Assembly (NCBI GenBank): GCA_963748015.1
Contig: CAVVHE010000009.1
Location: 288,001-352,000 of the forward strand
Length of the DNA: 64,000 nucleotides
Reading direction: 5' to 3'
Origin: Terriglobia bacterium
GTDB lineage: Bacteria > Acidobacteriota > Polarisedimenticolia > Polarisedimenticolales > JAIQFR01
A program made the position numbers and the translations under genes. A model generated the notes under the pieces. It was not told the origin of the DNA and did no database searches. It saw only the letters and a program-made list of their open reading frames with translations. Within the stretch, counting starts at the first letter, position 1. Each line of letters opens with the position of its first letter. Of this stretch, positions 52,623 through 63,114 are shown in pieces.

Positions 52623-54702
52623 GTGCTGGACGGACTCTTCAAGCCCGGATCGGTCGCCATCGTGGGCGCCTCGAACAACCCGCACTCCATCGGCCACATC
52701 GTGATCAGGAACCTGGCCGCCTACGGCTTCCGAGGGCCCATCTACCCGATCAACCCGAAGGAGCGCAGCATCCGCAGCTTCAGGTGCTTCAAGTCCGTCC
52801 TCGACGTGCCCGATCAGATCGATCTCGTGAACATCTCGGTCAACTACAACCTGGTTCCGGCCGTGATCAAGGAGTGCGGCGAGAAGGGGGTCAAGTTCGC
52901 CATCGTCCACACCGCCGGGTTCAAGGAAGTCGGCGAGGAGGGCGCGAAACGCGAGCGGGCGATGGTCGAGCTGGCCCACTCCTTCGGGATGCGGATCTTC
53001 GGCCCCAACAGCCAGGGGATCCAGAACGCCGACCCCGAGGTGTCGGTCTACGCCAACTTCACGTTCGTCCCGATGAAGCCGGGCAACATCTCGATCGTCG
53101 CCCAGGGCGGGGGCATGGGCGAGATGCTCAAGCTCCACCTGCACAACGTCGGCCTCGGGCACCGCATGTACTGCTCCTACGGGAACGAGTGCGACCTGTC
53201 CATGCCCGAGATCCTCGATTACTACGGCAAGGACCCGGGGACGCGCGTGATCATGATGCAGATCGAGAGCTTCAAGGATCCCGCCGCCTTCCTCGAGGTC
53301 GCCTCCCGGATCACCCCGGAAAAACCCATCCTGGCCATCAAGGCCGGGCGGACCCGCGAGGGCTCGGTGGCGGTGTCGTCGCACACCGGGACCCTCGTGG
53401 ACCAGGCCATGATGGCCCGGGCGATGTTCGGGAAGGCGGGCGTCATCCAGTTCACCGACACCGACGAGATGATCAAGGCCGCGGTGGCCATGTCCATGCA
53501 GGAGATCCCCGCGGGGCGCAGGATCGGGATCATCACCAACACCGGCGGCCCAGGCATCCAGGCGGTGGACGAGTCGGTGGAGCGAGGGCTCGAGCTGGCC
53601 CGGTGGTCCGAGGAGGGCAAGAAGCGCCTCCGGGAGAGCCTCTACGCCGAGGCCAGCGTGGGCAACCCCGTCGACGTCGTGGCCACGGCCAACGCCGATC
53701 ACTACCATGCGGCCGCGGAGACGCTGCTCCGGGAGGAGGGCGTCGACATGGTGCTGGTCTTCTTCGTGACCGCGCCGTTCACCGACACGAACGCCATCGC
53801 CACCCGGATCCGGGAGGCGTGCGACGCGGCGAGCAAGCCCGTGGTGGTGGTCGTGGAGACCTCGTCGGAGAGGTACGGCCTCATCGAGAAGCTCCGCTCG
53901 AGCGGGCTGCCGGTGTACGAGTTCCCCGAGGACGGCGCCAGGGCGCTCGCGGCGATGGCCCGCTACGGCGAGGTGCGGCGCCGCGACGGTGGAGCCGCCT
54001 CCCGCGCTCGCCGTGGACCGCGCGGCGGCGGCGGCGATCCTCGATCGGCACAAGGGGAGCGACGCCTACGTGCCGCAGATGGACGCCTTCGCCGTGCTCC
54101 GCGCGTACGGGATCCCAGTGCCCCGCGTCGCGTCGGTGAGCGGAGAGAAGGACCTCGCGCGGGCCGCCGCGGAGGTGGGATTCCCGTGCGTGCTCAAGGT
54201 GGACGCGGCGTCGGTGGTTCACAAGTCGGACGCGGGCGGGGTCGCGCTCGGCCTTTCCGACCTCAGGACCGCCGCCGACGCGCTCGCGAAGATGAAGGCC
54301 CGCTTCGCCGGCCCGGACGCGAGCTTCCTGCTCATGGAGCAGAAGCGGCCGGGCAGGGAAGTCATCCTCGGCGCCAAGACCGCCCCCGGCCTCGGCAGCC
54401 TGGTTCTCTTCGGCCTGGGCGGAATTCTCGTCGAGGTCATGAAGGACGTCACGGTGGCCGTAGCGCCGCTGAGCCGCCCCGAGGCGCGCGAGATGCTGCG
54501 CGGGATCAAGGGGTACCCGGTGCTCATGGGCGTGCGCGGTGAGGCGGGGGTGGATCTCGATGCGCTCGAGGACGCGCTGCTGCGGACCGCGAGGCTCGTC
54601 GCCGACTTCCCCGACATCGCCGAGCTGGACCTGAACCCCGTGTTCGCCTATCCCGCGGGGACGCCCCCCGCGGCGGTGGACGTGCGGATGCGGGTGCGCT
54701 GA
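52623..54702 (+). CDS. ADP-forming acyl-CoA synthetase (acetate--CoA ligase family), frameshift near 53985
   Basis: SVAIVGAS, YPINPK, GPNSQG, SSHTGTL, ITNTGGPG, NPVD; ATP-grasp HKSDAGGV, FGLGG, ELDLNP. Confidence 0.88.
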
Positions 54703-54724
54703 GCGGCGCGAGCGGACACCCTCC

Positions 54725-56200
54725 ATGTCTCACGGTCTCGCAGCGGGCGCCGCCTCCCTCGCGTCCTCGACCCACTGGGTCCCGCTGACGATCGTCGGCC
54801 TCTACATCGCGCTGCTCTTCGTCATCACGTGGTGGGCGCAGCGCTTGACCGAGCGGGGAGGCGGCGGGATGGTGGGCTACCTCCTCGCTGGGCGCCGGCT
54901 GCCCGCGACGGTGGCGGCCGCGCTGCTGGCGGGCCTAGCCGTGGGCGGCGCCTCGACCATCGGCGTGGCGGAGCAGGCCTACCGCAAGGGGATCTCGGCG
55001 GGCTGGTACAACGCGGCGTGGGCCGCTGGGGCGCTCGTGATGGGTCTCGGCGCCGCGCGCCGCTATCGGCGGCTCGAGATCACCACCCTGCCCGAGCTGT
55101 TCGAGCGCGTGTACTCGACCAGCGGCCGTGTGCTCGCCGTGATCGGCCAGCTGGTGATCCAGATCGTCGTGACGTCGCTGCAGTACGTGGCCGGGGGAGC
55201 CATCCTCTCTTCCCTGATGCCGGGAGTCTTCTCGTACCGGACGGGCATGGCGCTCACCGCGGCGGTGTTCGTGGGGATCACGCTGATCGGGGGCTTCTGG
55301 GCGGCCGGGCTCACCAACATCGTCAACGTCATCGTGATCTACGTCGGCATCCTGCTCGGCGCGTTCCTGACGGTGGGCCGCGTGGGCGGCTGGCACGCAC
55401 TGGTCGCGCGACTGCCCGCGGAGCATCCCGGCTTCGACCTCCTGGCCGTGGGGCCGTGGGTGATACTGGCCTGGTTCCTGGTCATGATCACGATGGCGCA
55501 CTCGACCCAGTCGGTGATCCAGATCGGCTTCGCCGCGAAGGACGAGCGGGCCGCGGGGCGCGCGTACCTGCTTGGCGCGCTGATCATCGCGCCGGTGGGC
55601 TTCGTGAGCGCCGTGATCGGCATGGCGGCGGTGGTGCTCTACCCGGGCATCGTCGCGGCCGAGGCGCTGCCGCGGGCGGTGCTCGACCTCTCGCCGCTGG
55701 CCGCGGGACTGGTGCTGTCGGGTCTGTGGGCCGCCGACGTGAGCACGGCCTCGGCCCTGCTCGTGGGCTCGGCGACGCTGGTTTCCACGGACATCGTCAA
55801 GCGCTTCTTCGCCCGGGAGCTGAGCGCCGAGCAAGAGCAGCGGCTCTGCCGCCTCACCGTGCTGGGCATCAGCGTCGTCACGTTTCTCTTAGCACTCGCG
55901 GTGCGCGGCATCCTGGAGATGCTGCTCGTCGGCCTGACGCTGTCCACCGCCTACACGCTGGTCGTGCTGATGACCATGTACTGGCCCGCGGCGTGCCGCC
56001 GGTCCTCGGCCACGTGGACCACGGCGGCGACGATGCTGACGCTCGGGGCCTGGCTCGTGGCGCCTGAAAGCTGGCGCCCGGTCCCGCACCCGATCTACCT
56101 GATGTGGCCGGTGAGCCTCGTGACCTTCTTCGCGGTCGCCTTGCTCGATCGCAGGCGCATCGAGGTTCCCCGGGCTACGGGACCAGCACGGCCCTCTTGA
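54725..56200 (+). CDS. Sodium:solute symporter (SSS family)
   Basis: YLLAGR.L, GGASTIGVAE, ITTLPELFE, GGFWA, AADVST; about 13 TM helices. Confidence 0.9.
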   Translation: MSHGLAAGAASLASSTHWVPLTIVGLYIALLFVITWWAQRLTERGGGGMVGYLLAGRRLPATVAAALLAGLAVGGASTIGVAEQAYRKGISAGWYNAAWAAGALVMGLGAARRYRRLEITTLPELFERVYSTSGRVLAVIGQLVIQIVVTSLQYVAGGAILSSLMPGVFSYRTGMALTAAVFVGITLIGGFWAAGLTNIVNVIVIYVGILLGAFLTVGRVGGWHALVARLPAEHPGFDLLAVGPWVILAWFLVMITMAHSTQSVIQIGFAAKDERAAGRAYLLGALIIAPVGFVSAVIGMAAVVLYPGIVAAEALPRAVLDLSPLAAGLVLSGLWAADVSTASALLVGSATLVSTDIVKRFFARELSAEQEQRLCRLTVLGISVVTFLLALAVRGILEMLLVGLTLSTAYTLVVLMTMYWPAACRRSSATWTTAATMLTLGAWLVAPESWRPVPHPIYLMWPVSLVTFFAVALLDRRRIEVPRATGPARPS

Positions 56201-57257
56201 GCAGCTCGCCGCGGTGGGCCGCGTCGAACACGCGATTGATCTCGGCGAGGGGGTGCTTCTCCACGAAGGGGGAGATGCGGATCCTGCCGGCGCCGATCCA
56301 ATCGAGGACCTCGGGATAGAGCACGGGGTCGCACCCCCAGTTGCCGAAGGCGGTGGCGTCGAACGCCATCAGGTTGCTCAAGCGTACCTCGAGGCGGTCC
56401 ATCGTGAAGCCGACGATCGCGATCACCGCGCCGAACCCCATCAGCCCGAACGCGGTCTCCTGGCCGGGGCGGGTTCCGGATGTCTCGAAGATCTTCCACC
56501 GGTGCCTTGGCGCGCCGATCTTCTCCGCCTCCGAGCGGACCTGCTTGAGCAGGTCCTTGATGGCCAGGCCGGAGACGTTCACGGCGGCCGAGGCGCCGGA
56601 CGCCAGCGCGACCTCGAGCTTCGCGGGGTTCACGTCGAGCGCGATCACTTTCGCCCCCGCCGCGGCGGCGATCTGGACCCCGTGGATGCCGATACCGCCC
56701 GCTCCCACGAACACCGCGAGGTCGCCGGCCGCGAGGCCCGCGCGCCGGATCGCCTGGAAGGGGGTGGTGACCGCGTCGGAGACGATCGCCAGCTCCCACA
56801 GCTCGTGTCGCTCGAGGACCTTCTCGCTCACGCGGCAAAGGAAGCGCGCGGGTACCACGACGTGGGACGCGAACCCACCGTCGCGGTCGTTTCCGGGCAT
56901 CACCTGGGACCGGCAGATCGTCCGTGCCCCCGCGCGGCACAGCTCGCACTCCCCGCAGGGCAGCACCGCGGGAACCACCACGGGCGCCCCCAGCCATCCG
57001 GTTTCGACCCCTTCGCCCGCTTCCACCACCCTCCCGCTGATCTCGTGGCCGAGGACCAGCGGCAGCTCCGCCCGGGTCTTGACCCCGTGGTGCAGGAACG
57101 AAACGTCGGTGTGGCAGACCCCGCAACCCGCGACCTCGATCACCGCCTCGCCGGCCGCCGGCGTGCGGCGAGGCGCTGTGCGGCGCTCGAAGGGCGCTCC
57201 CGGGGCGGTCATCGCCCAATCGTTGATCGTCGATTCCGACCCGGCCGCCATGCCCAT
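56175..57257 (-). CDS. had: 6-hydroxycyclohex-1-ene-1-carbonyl-CoA dehydrogenase
   Basis: Zn-ADH motifs GCGVCHTD and GHEISG; CGECELC..IC..QVMPGNDRDGGFASH; SDAVTTP; family-typical RLSNLMAFD...GNWGC; GGAGGAGG RBS. Confidence 0.85.
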   Translation of the reverse strand: MGMAAGSESTINDWAMTAPGAPFERRTAPRRTPAAGEAVIEVAGCGVCHTDVSFLHHGVKTRAELPLVLGHEISGRVVEAGEGVETGWLGAPVVVPAVLPCGECELCRAGARTICRSQVMPGNDRDGGFASHVVVPARFLCRVSEKVLERHELWELAIVSDAVTTPFQAIRRAGLAAGDLAVFVGAGGIGIHGVQIAAAAGAKVIALDVNPAKLEVALASGASAAVNVSGLAIKDLLKQVRSEAEKIGAPRHRWKIFETSGTRPGQETAFGLMGFGAVIAIVGFTMDRLEVRLSNLMAFDATAFGNWGCDPVLYPEVLDWIGAGRIRISPFVEKHPLAEINRVFDAAHRGELLKRAVLVP

Positions 57258-57277
57258 CGTCGCCTCCTCCACGACCC

Positions 57278-59179
57278 TCACCGGTCGCCGAACACGACGC
57301 TCCCGCACTCGTGACACTGGTCGAGCGTCCTGTCCTTGCCCAGAAAGCAGCGCCGGGAATCCGGCGCCGTCCGCATCACCTTTCGCAGGAACCGGCAATC
57401 GCAGTCCTCGCTCGGCTCGTAGATCGCCTCGAGGTGCTCCTCGGCGTTTCGCAGCACGTTCCGCACGCGCACCTTCATGGACGGGGTCAGCTCGTGGTCC
57501 TCGATCGACAGCTCCTTGCCGACCACCGCGAACGCCTGAAGGCGCTCGAGCTCCACCGCGTGCTCCGCGTTGAACTCCAGCACGGTGCGCCGGAGCGACT
57601 CCTTGACCACGATCTCGGCCCTCTCCCGGTCTTTCCCGAACTCCTCCTCGATCAGGAAGAGGTTGGGGAAGATCAACGCGGCGAGAGCGCTCCTCCCGTC
57701 TCCCGCCACGATGACGTGCCGGATGTACTTGTTCCTGCCGGCCAGGTCGTTCTCGATCTCGGTCGGGACCACTTCCTCCCCGTTGAGCATCTTGAAGACG
57801 CGGTCCTTCCTGGCGACGAACCTGAGGCCGGCGCCGACGAACGCCCCGAGATCTCCCGACCGGAACCAGCCGTCGCCGGGCAGCACTTTCGCGGTCGCGT
57901 CGGGGGCGTCGTGATACCCGCTCGTCACGTTGGGTCCCTGCACGAGGATCTCGCCGTCCTCCGCGAGCTTGATCTTCACTCCCGGAAGCGGGTAACCCAC
58001 CATTCCCGGAACGGTCCGGGGCTCCTCGATGTCGGTCAGCGTGCAGCACGGCGAGGTCTCCGTCAGGCCCCAACCCTCGAGCACCGGGATACTCCTGGAC
58101 GCGAAAAAGTCGGACAGGTTGGCCGGCAGGGGAGTCGCGGACGTGAAGAGGAAGCTCAGCTCCTCGTGGAAGATCCGGCTCTCGTCCTCCGGGTGCAGCC
58201 GGACGTGGTCCGCGAGTTGCTGGTAGATCTTCGGCACGCTGAAGTACACGGTCGGGCGGATTTCCTTCCAGTTCTTGAGCAGGAGGTCGAAGTCCTCTCC
58301 GAATCCGTCGTCGAGAGCCAGTGTCGCGCCCCGGTACAGCGCCGTGTACTTCTCGAAGATCCCGCCGAAGCTGTGGTGCCACGGCAGATGGGACAGGAAT
58401 CGGTCGTCCGGGGTAATCCGCCACAGCGCCGAGAGCGCCCGCTGTTGCGAGAGGATGTTGTCGTGGCTCAGGAGGACCCCCTTCTGCGAGCCGGTCGTCC
58501 CCGAGGTGTACATCATGACGCACGGCTGGTCGGGGTGAACGCGCGCCGCCGACCAGAGGAACATCCCGAGGCGAAGGTCGTCGTGGTCGCCCACGGCGTT
58601 CCGCCGCAGCGCGGCCCGAAACGTGAAGTACTCCGCCTTGTGCCCCGCGAGCGCGTCGTCGACGGTCGCCCGGGCGATGGGATCGAAGGAGACGATCAGC
58701 CGGACCGAGGGCGGGACGTAGGTCTTGTCGAACTGGTCGCGCCCGGACAGGATCAGGGCGGAAGCCCCCGAGTGTTCGAGCAGCGCTCGGGTCTGCTCCG
58801 CCGAGTAGCCGGGGAAGATCGGAGCGTAGACGGCGCCGAGGCACATGACCGCGAACTCCGCCACCAGCATCTCGCCGCGGTTGCGCGAAAGAACGGCGAC
58901 GCGGTCGTTCTTGGCGATGCCGAAGGAGCTCAAGAACCGGCCGAACGAGACCACGTCGTAGAGGAAGTCCTCCCACGTCACGGAGACGAACTGCCCGCCG
59001 CGCTTCTCGCGGTAGATCGCCCGCTCTCGGAAGCGCTCCGCGTTCCTGGCCAGCAGGGAGCCGACGGTCTCCCGGGGCCCGACGGGCTCGAGCCGGGAGT
59101 AAATGACGCTGCCTTCGCGAACCGTCGAGCGAGCGTGGCCCGGGGACCACGGCTCGCCGGGAAGCTCGACAGCGCTCAT
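57278..59179 (-). CDS. AMP-dependent (long-chain type) acyl-CoA synthetase with a Cys-containing C-terminal tail
   Basis: YTSGTTGSQKGV, LPWHHSFG, EGWGLTETSP, GWFRSGDLG, RKD, LTPSMKVR. Confidence 0.88.
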   Translation of the reverse strand: MSAVELPGEPWSPGHARSTVREGSVIYSRLEPVGPRETVGSLLARNAERFRERAIYREKRGGQFVSVTWEDFLYDVVSFGRFLSSFGIAKNDRVAVLSRNRGEMLVAEFAVMCLGAVYAPIFPGYSAEQTRALLEHSGASALILSGRDQFDKTYVPPSVRLIVSFDPIARATVDDALAGHKAEYFTFRAALRRNAVGDHDDLRLGMFLWSAARVHPDQPCVMMYTSGTTGSQKGVLLSHDNILSQQRALSALWRITPDDRFLSHLPWHHSFGGIFEKYTALYRGATLALDDGFGEDFDLLLKNWKEIRPTVYFSVPKIYQQLADHVRLHPEDESRIFHEELSFLFTSATPLPANLSDFFASRSIPVLEGWGLTETSPCCTLTDIEEPRTVPGMVGYPLPGVKIKLAEDGEILVQGPNVTSGYHDAPDATAKVLPGDGWFRSGDLGAFVGAGLRFVARKDRVFKMLNGEEVVPTEIENDLAGRNKYIRHVIVAGDGRSALAALIFPNLFLIEEEFGKDRERAEIVVKESLRRTVLEFNAEHAVELERLQAFAVVGKELSIEDHELTPSMKVRVRNVLRNAEEHLEAIYEPSEDCDCRFLRKVMRTAPDSRRCFLGKDRTLDQCHECGSVVFGDR

Positions 59180-60006
59180 CGCGCTTTCCCGTCGCCCGGC
59201 GCGCCGTCCCCGCCCGCCGCGGCTTCCTCGAGCGCCTTGAGCGCCGCGCCGAGCGCGCCGGCGAACAGGGGCTGCGGCATCACCGTCACTTTCATGCCCG
59301 ACTGGGACTCCAGCCCGCGGATCACGCCGGGGAAATACTCGGCGACGCCGCCGGTCACGACGATCGGCTCCTTGAACCCGCCGATCTCCAGAATCCGCTC
59401 GGCGATGGAGTGCATGCAGCCGAGCGCGACCTCCTCGCGGGTCGCCCCCTCGCGCAGCCGCTCCAGGATCTCCGTGCTGGAAAACACCGAGCAGAAGCTG
59501 CTGACCGGGGCCGGCCTGTCGGCCAAGGCCGCCAGCTCCTGCAGCCGCGTCGGGTGCACGTCGAGGTGCCGCGCGGTGAACATCAGGAACGTGCCGATGC
59601 CGACGGCGCACCGGCGCACGGCCAGCGCCTCCAGTCTCCGGCCGGCCTCGTCCACGCGGATCACCCGCGGGTCCCGGCCGCCGATGTTGATCACGGTCAT
59701 CGCCCCGGGATGGTGCCGGAACGCGCCCAGCGCGTGGCACGCGGTCTCGGTGGCGGTCGTCGTCGCCTGCGCAACGCAGGTCGCCGCGAAGCCGGTGGCG
59801 CAGATCCCCGCGAGGTCCTTCTCGAGGACCTGGGCGTCGTCGAGCGCGGCCGCGAGCACCTCGTGGACGCATGCCTGGAAGTAGCCTCGCGTGGGCACGA
59901 CCGAGCGGCCGATCACGTCGCCCGTGGCGCTCACGACGATCGCCTTGACGCACTCGGTTCCCACGTCCACGCCTGCCGCGGCCCGATTCTCGCTGTTCAA
60001 AGGCAA
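59176..60006 (-). CDS. Second BadF/BadG/BcrA/BcrD-family activase (divergent motifs)
   Basis: GVDVGTECVK, ATGFA, INIGGRD, RRCAVGIG, SSFCSVF, VTGGVA, GALGAA. Confidence 0.8.
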   Translation of the reverse strand: MPLNSENRAAAGVDVGTECVKAIVVSATGDVIGRSVVPTRGYFQACVHEVLAAALDDAQVLEKDLAGICATGFAATCVAQATTTATETACHALGAFRHHPGAMTVINIGGRDPRVIRVDEAGRRLEALAVRRCAVGIGTFLMFTARHLDVHPTRLQELAALADRPAPVSSFCSVFSSTEILERLREGATREEVALGCMHSIAERILEIGGFKEPIVVTGGVAEYFPGVIRGLESQSGMKVTVMPQPLFAGALGAALKALEEAAAGGDGAPGDGKAR

Positions 60007-60034
60007 ACCCTCGCTTTCTCCCGCGATCCCAAAA

Positions 60035-62299
60035 TCAGCCCCGCCCGCGCACCTGTTCCTCGTGCTGCTCGAGAAAGTCCGCGAGGAGGCTCTCGAGGCG
60101 CTCCGTCGAGAAGAGTCTCGCGTCGTGCGAATCCGCCTCGAGGACGAACGAGGGCAGGCCCGTCAGCCGACGCACGCGGACCTCGAGACCGAAGCGGACG
60201 TTGCTGTGCTCTGGGGAGGTCCGGCATTCGTGATAGACCACGCCGTCCACGCCGAATTCCTCGAGCTGCTGCACGATGGACGCCGCCTTGTAGTCCTCCG
60301 ACCGGTTCGGGAAGATGCTCATGTAGGTCCGTGCCATGCTTTCCATCGGGTTGTCCGGGTCGAGGCCGGAGAGGGCGAAGTTCGACGCGAAGGTGGAGGC
60401 AACGAGCGCCGCCTTGCGATCGGCGAAGAGCTTCGACAGCGGCCGGAGCGCGCTCCAGATCGGCGGGCCGTCCCAGTAGAACCGGTGCCGCTCGCCCTGG
60501 ACCGCGGCGACGCCGTGCACCAACCGGTCCTCGAGCTCGGCCTTGAGAAGCGAGTAGTACTCCACGGCCTGCGGCGTGCCCCTCAAGAGCACCATCGGCG
60601 CGACGTGGACCAGCGTGTCGAAGAACGACATCGGCGACGGCACCGCGCGCGCCAGCGTGAGGATCTCGGACCAGAGGCTTGCCGCGTGCGCGGAATACCC
60701 CACGACCTCGGCCAGCCGGTCGATGTCGAGCCTCGATCCGGTGACCTGCTCGAGACGACTCGTCAGGCGGAGCAGCTGGTGGACGGCGGCGTCCACGTCG
60801 ATGCGGTCGATCTCGCCTAGCGCCGCGGGCGGGTGAAGCCCGAAGACCGGCACGCCGTAGTGCCCGCCGTAGTACTCGAACCAGCTGATCAGGCTGTGTC
60901 CGTTGTTCGTGCTGTAGACGACCATGTCGGGACGAGGAGGCCCCGAGATGCCGTGCGCGGTGACGAGCGGGCTGTCGCCGGCGAGGAGCGCTCCGATGTC
61001 GCACCGCATGGCCGAGCTGACGAATTGCGAGAACCCCTCGGCGGCCGCGCGGGGAATGTACTTGTTCCCCTGGCGGCTCGCTCCGATGAGGGCCGCGTGG
61101 TTCTCGGGGAAGTACGGCGTCATCCCGAGAGCGCGAACGAGCTCCACCGGGCCGAGACCCGAGCAACATGCGACGAGGCGCTGCGGGTCGTCCGACGCCG
61201 CCTGGAGGTCGAGGTAGTAGGCGTGCACCATCTCCTTCAGGAGAACGGCGCTGCGGAGCGGCGCGCCGCCGTTCGGCATCCCGCCGTCGAGGCCCATCGG
61301 CGTGGCGCGCGCCGGCTCGGAATCTCGCGCCGCCGTCGCCTCCTGGAGCTTCTGCGCGATCTCCTGGCGCCTCATGATCTTCTGCCGTTCCCGCGAGTGG
61401 ATGAAGTGGACGAGGGCCTTGTTGTGGGGGGAGAGGATGCCGAGCCTCGTCCCCTCGTCCACGATCGCGCCGTTGATGGCGTCCACCTCGGTCTGCTGGC
61501 CGCGGGTCAGGTCCTGCCACATCGAGGGCCGGTTCTTCCCGAGCGCCTTGAGCGACCCGATCACGGGCCGGAAGGGATCCTCCTCGTCCACGATCGGCAC
61601 GCCGTGGGCGCGCATCACCGCGATGCACTCGCCGCAGAGGTCCCGCATGAACACCATGAGGTCTTCGTCGGCGAGCATCTCGCGGCAGGTCAGCCCGGTC
61701 ACGGCGGAGACCGGATTGACCACGGCGTTGTGCAGCAGCTTCTGCCAGATGACGCTGTCGATGCTGGGGACGACGTCGGTGGGCAGCCCCGCGCCGCTCA
61801 GGAGCTTGCCGATCGCCTCGATTTCCGCCGTGATCTTTCCCGTGTGCGGCGCGATCTGGATCGGCTTGATCCCTGCCCGGAAGTGGATCCGGTTGGGGCC
61901 GGTGTGCTGGATGCTGTGGTAGGTGATCCCGCACAGCACGCGCTCTTCGCCCAGGAGGCGCGCCATCACCTGGGTGTTCCCGATGCCGTTCTGGAGCGAG
62001 AGGACCTTGGACGATGGGCCGATGACCGGCATCGCCGCGCGGATCGCCTCCTCCGTCTGATAGGTCTTGACCGCGACGAAGATCACGTCGAAGGGGGCGG
62101 AGCCCTCGTACGACGAGATGACCTGCAGCTTGATGCAGCGCTCGTCCCTGCCGTCCTGCGTGACGAAGATCCCCATCTCGGACAGCAGGCGCGCGCGTGC
62201 CTTGTTGACCTCGACGAGCGTGACGTCCTCGCCGGCCTCCGACAGGTGCGCGCCGATCAGGCCGCCGAGCGCCCCCGCGCCGACCACCAGGATCCGCAT
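60035..62299 (-). CDS. Fusion: ketopantoate reductase (PanE/ApbA) + 2-hydroxyacyl-CoA dehydratase/BCR-type domain
   Basis: VVGAGALGG, AVKTYQ, LQNG, WQKL..N..VN, SMWQD, TEVDAING; then FPENH, RFYWDGPPIW, LEAD; one open frame with a GAGGAGG RBS. Confidence 0.8.
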   Translation of the reverse strand: MRILVVGAGALGGLIGAHLSEAGEDVTLVEVNKARARLLSEMGIFVTQDGRDERCIKLQVISSYEGSAPFDVIFVAVKTYQTEEAIRAAMPVIGPSSKVLSLQNGIGNTQVMARLLGEERVLCGITYHSIQHTGPNRIHFRAGIKPIQIAPHTGKITAEIEAIGKLLSGAGLPTDVVPSIDSVIWQKLLHNAVVNPVSAVTGLTCREMLADEDLMVFMRDLCGECIAVMRAHGVPIVDEEDPFRPVIGSLKALGKNRPSMWQDLTRGQQTEVDAINGAIVDEGTRLGILSPHNKALVHFIHSRERQKIMRRQEIAQKLQEATAARDSEPARATPMGLDGGMPNGGAPLRSAVLLKEMVHAYYLDLQAASDDPQRLVACCSGLGPVELVRALGMTPYFPENHAALIGASRQGNKYIPRAAAEGFSQFVSSAMRCDIGALLAGDSPLVTAHGISGPPRPDMVVYSTNNGHSLISWFEYYGGHYGVPVFGLHPPAALGEIDRIDVDAAVHQLLRLTSRLEQVTGSRLDIDRLAEVVGYSAHAASLWSEILTLARAVPSPMSFFDTLVHVAPMVLLRGTPQAVEYYSLLKAELEDRLVHGVAAVQGERHRFYWDGPPIWSALRPLSKLFADRKAALVASTFASNFALSGLDPDNPMESMARTYMSIFPNRSEDYKAASIVQQLEEFGVDGVVYHECRTSPEHSNVRFGLEVRVRRLTGLPSFVLEADSHDARLFSTERLESLLADFLEQHEEQVRGRG

Positions 62300-62340
62300 C
62301 CCGCCTCCTCGCTCGCCGACCTTGCTCGGGGCGGCGCCGC

Positions 62341-63114
62341 TCAACGGTTCTTCCAGACCGGCTCGCGCTTCTCGAAGAAGGACGCGATCCCCTCCCGAAC
62401 GTCCTCGGACGGCATCAGCTCCTCGAGGAAGACCTTCTCCGCCTCCCGCCGCGCCTCCTCGAACGGCCGGCCGGCGAGCCGCCGCACCATCCTCGCGTTG
62501 AGGCGCATCACGAGAGGGCTCGCGCGGCGGAAGTCGGCGAGGACCTCGTCGAGCGCCGCCCGGAGCCCCTCCGGGGGAACGACGCGCGACACGAGGCCCA
62601 TGGCCTGCATCTCCGCGGCGGTGTAGGTCCTGCCCGAGCAGGTCACCTCCATCGCGCGCGCCGGGCCGATCCGGGCCGGGAGCCACGCGACCCCGACGGG
62701 GGCGAAGAAGCCGATGCGGATCTCCGGCTGGCCGAACTTCGCCCGCTCGCTCGCGAGCAGCACGTCGGCCATCATCGCCAGCTCGAAGCCAGCGCCGAGC
62801 GCGGCGCCGTCCACCGCCATGACGATCGGGAGCTCGAGGGCGCCGAGGATCGAGAACAACCGGCTGAACGCCGCGATCATCTCCGGCGCCTGCTCGGGAC
62901 GGTGCTCGCCGACGTCCGCGCCGGCGCTGAACGCCTTTCCGGTCGACGTGAACGCGGCCGCCTTGAGGGACCGGTCCGCGCGGACGTCCGCGAGCGCGTC
63001 CGCGATCGAGGCCATCATCGAGGCGGTCAGGATGTTGAGCGGCGGCGCGTCGAGGGTCACGAGCGCGATGCCGTCGGTCTTCTCGAGCCGGACTCCCTTG
63101 CCGTCTCCGCTCAT
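62341..63114 (-). CDS. dch: Enoyl-CoA hydratase, probably cyclohexa-1,5-diene-1-carbonyl-CoA hydratase
   Basis: PPLNIL, FSAGADVGEH, LGAGFEL, FGQPEIRIGFFAP; context with had and BCR-like genes. Confidence 0.65.
   Translation of the reverse strand: MSGDGKGVRLEKTDGIALVTLDAPPLNILTASMMASIADALADVRADRSLKAAAFTSTGKAFSAGADVGEHRPEQAPEMIAAFSRLFSILGALELPIVMAVDGAALGAGFELAMMADVLLASERAKFGQPEIRIGFFAPVGVAWLPARIGPARAMEVTCSGRTYTAAEMQAMGLVSRVVPPEGLRAALDEVLADFRRASPLVMRLNARMVRRLAGRPFEEARREAEKVFLEELMPSEDVREGIASFFEKREPVWKNR

Noticed and set aside
56175..59953. 991-aa and 891-aa ORFs as giant fusion proteins
   Set aside because: Their N-terminal parts are Arg/Pro-rich off-frame read-through typical of high-GC DNA; the real starts are at 57257 and 59179 with an RBS or ATGA overlap
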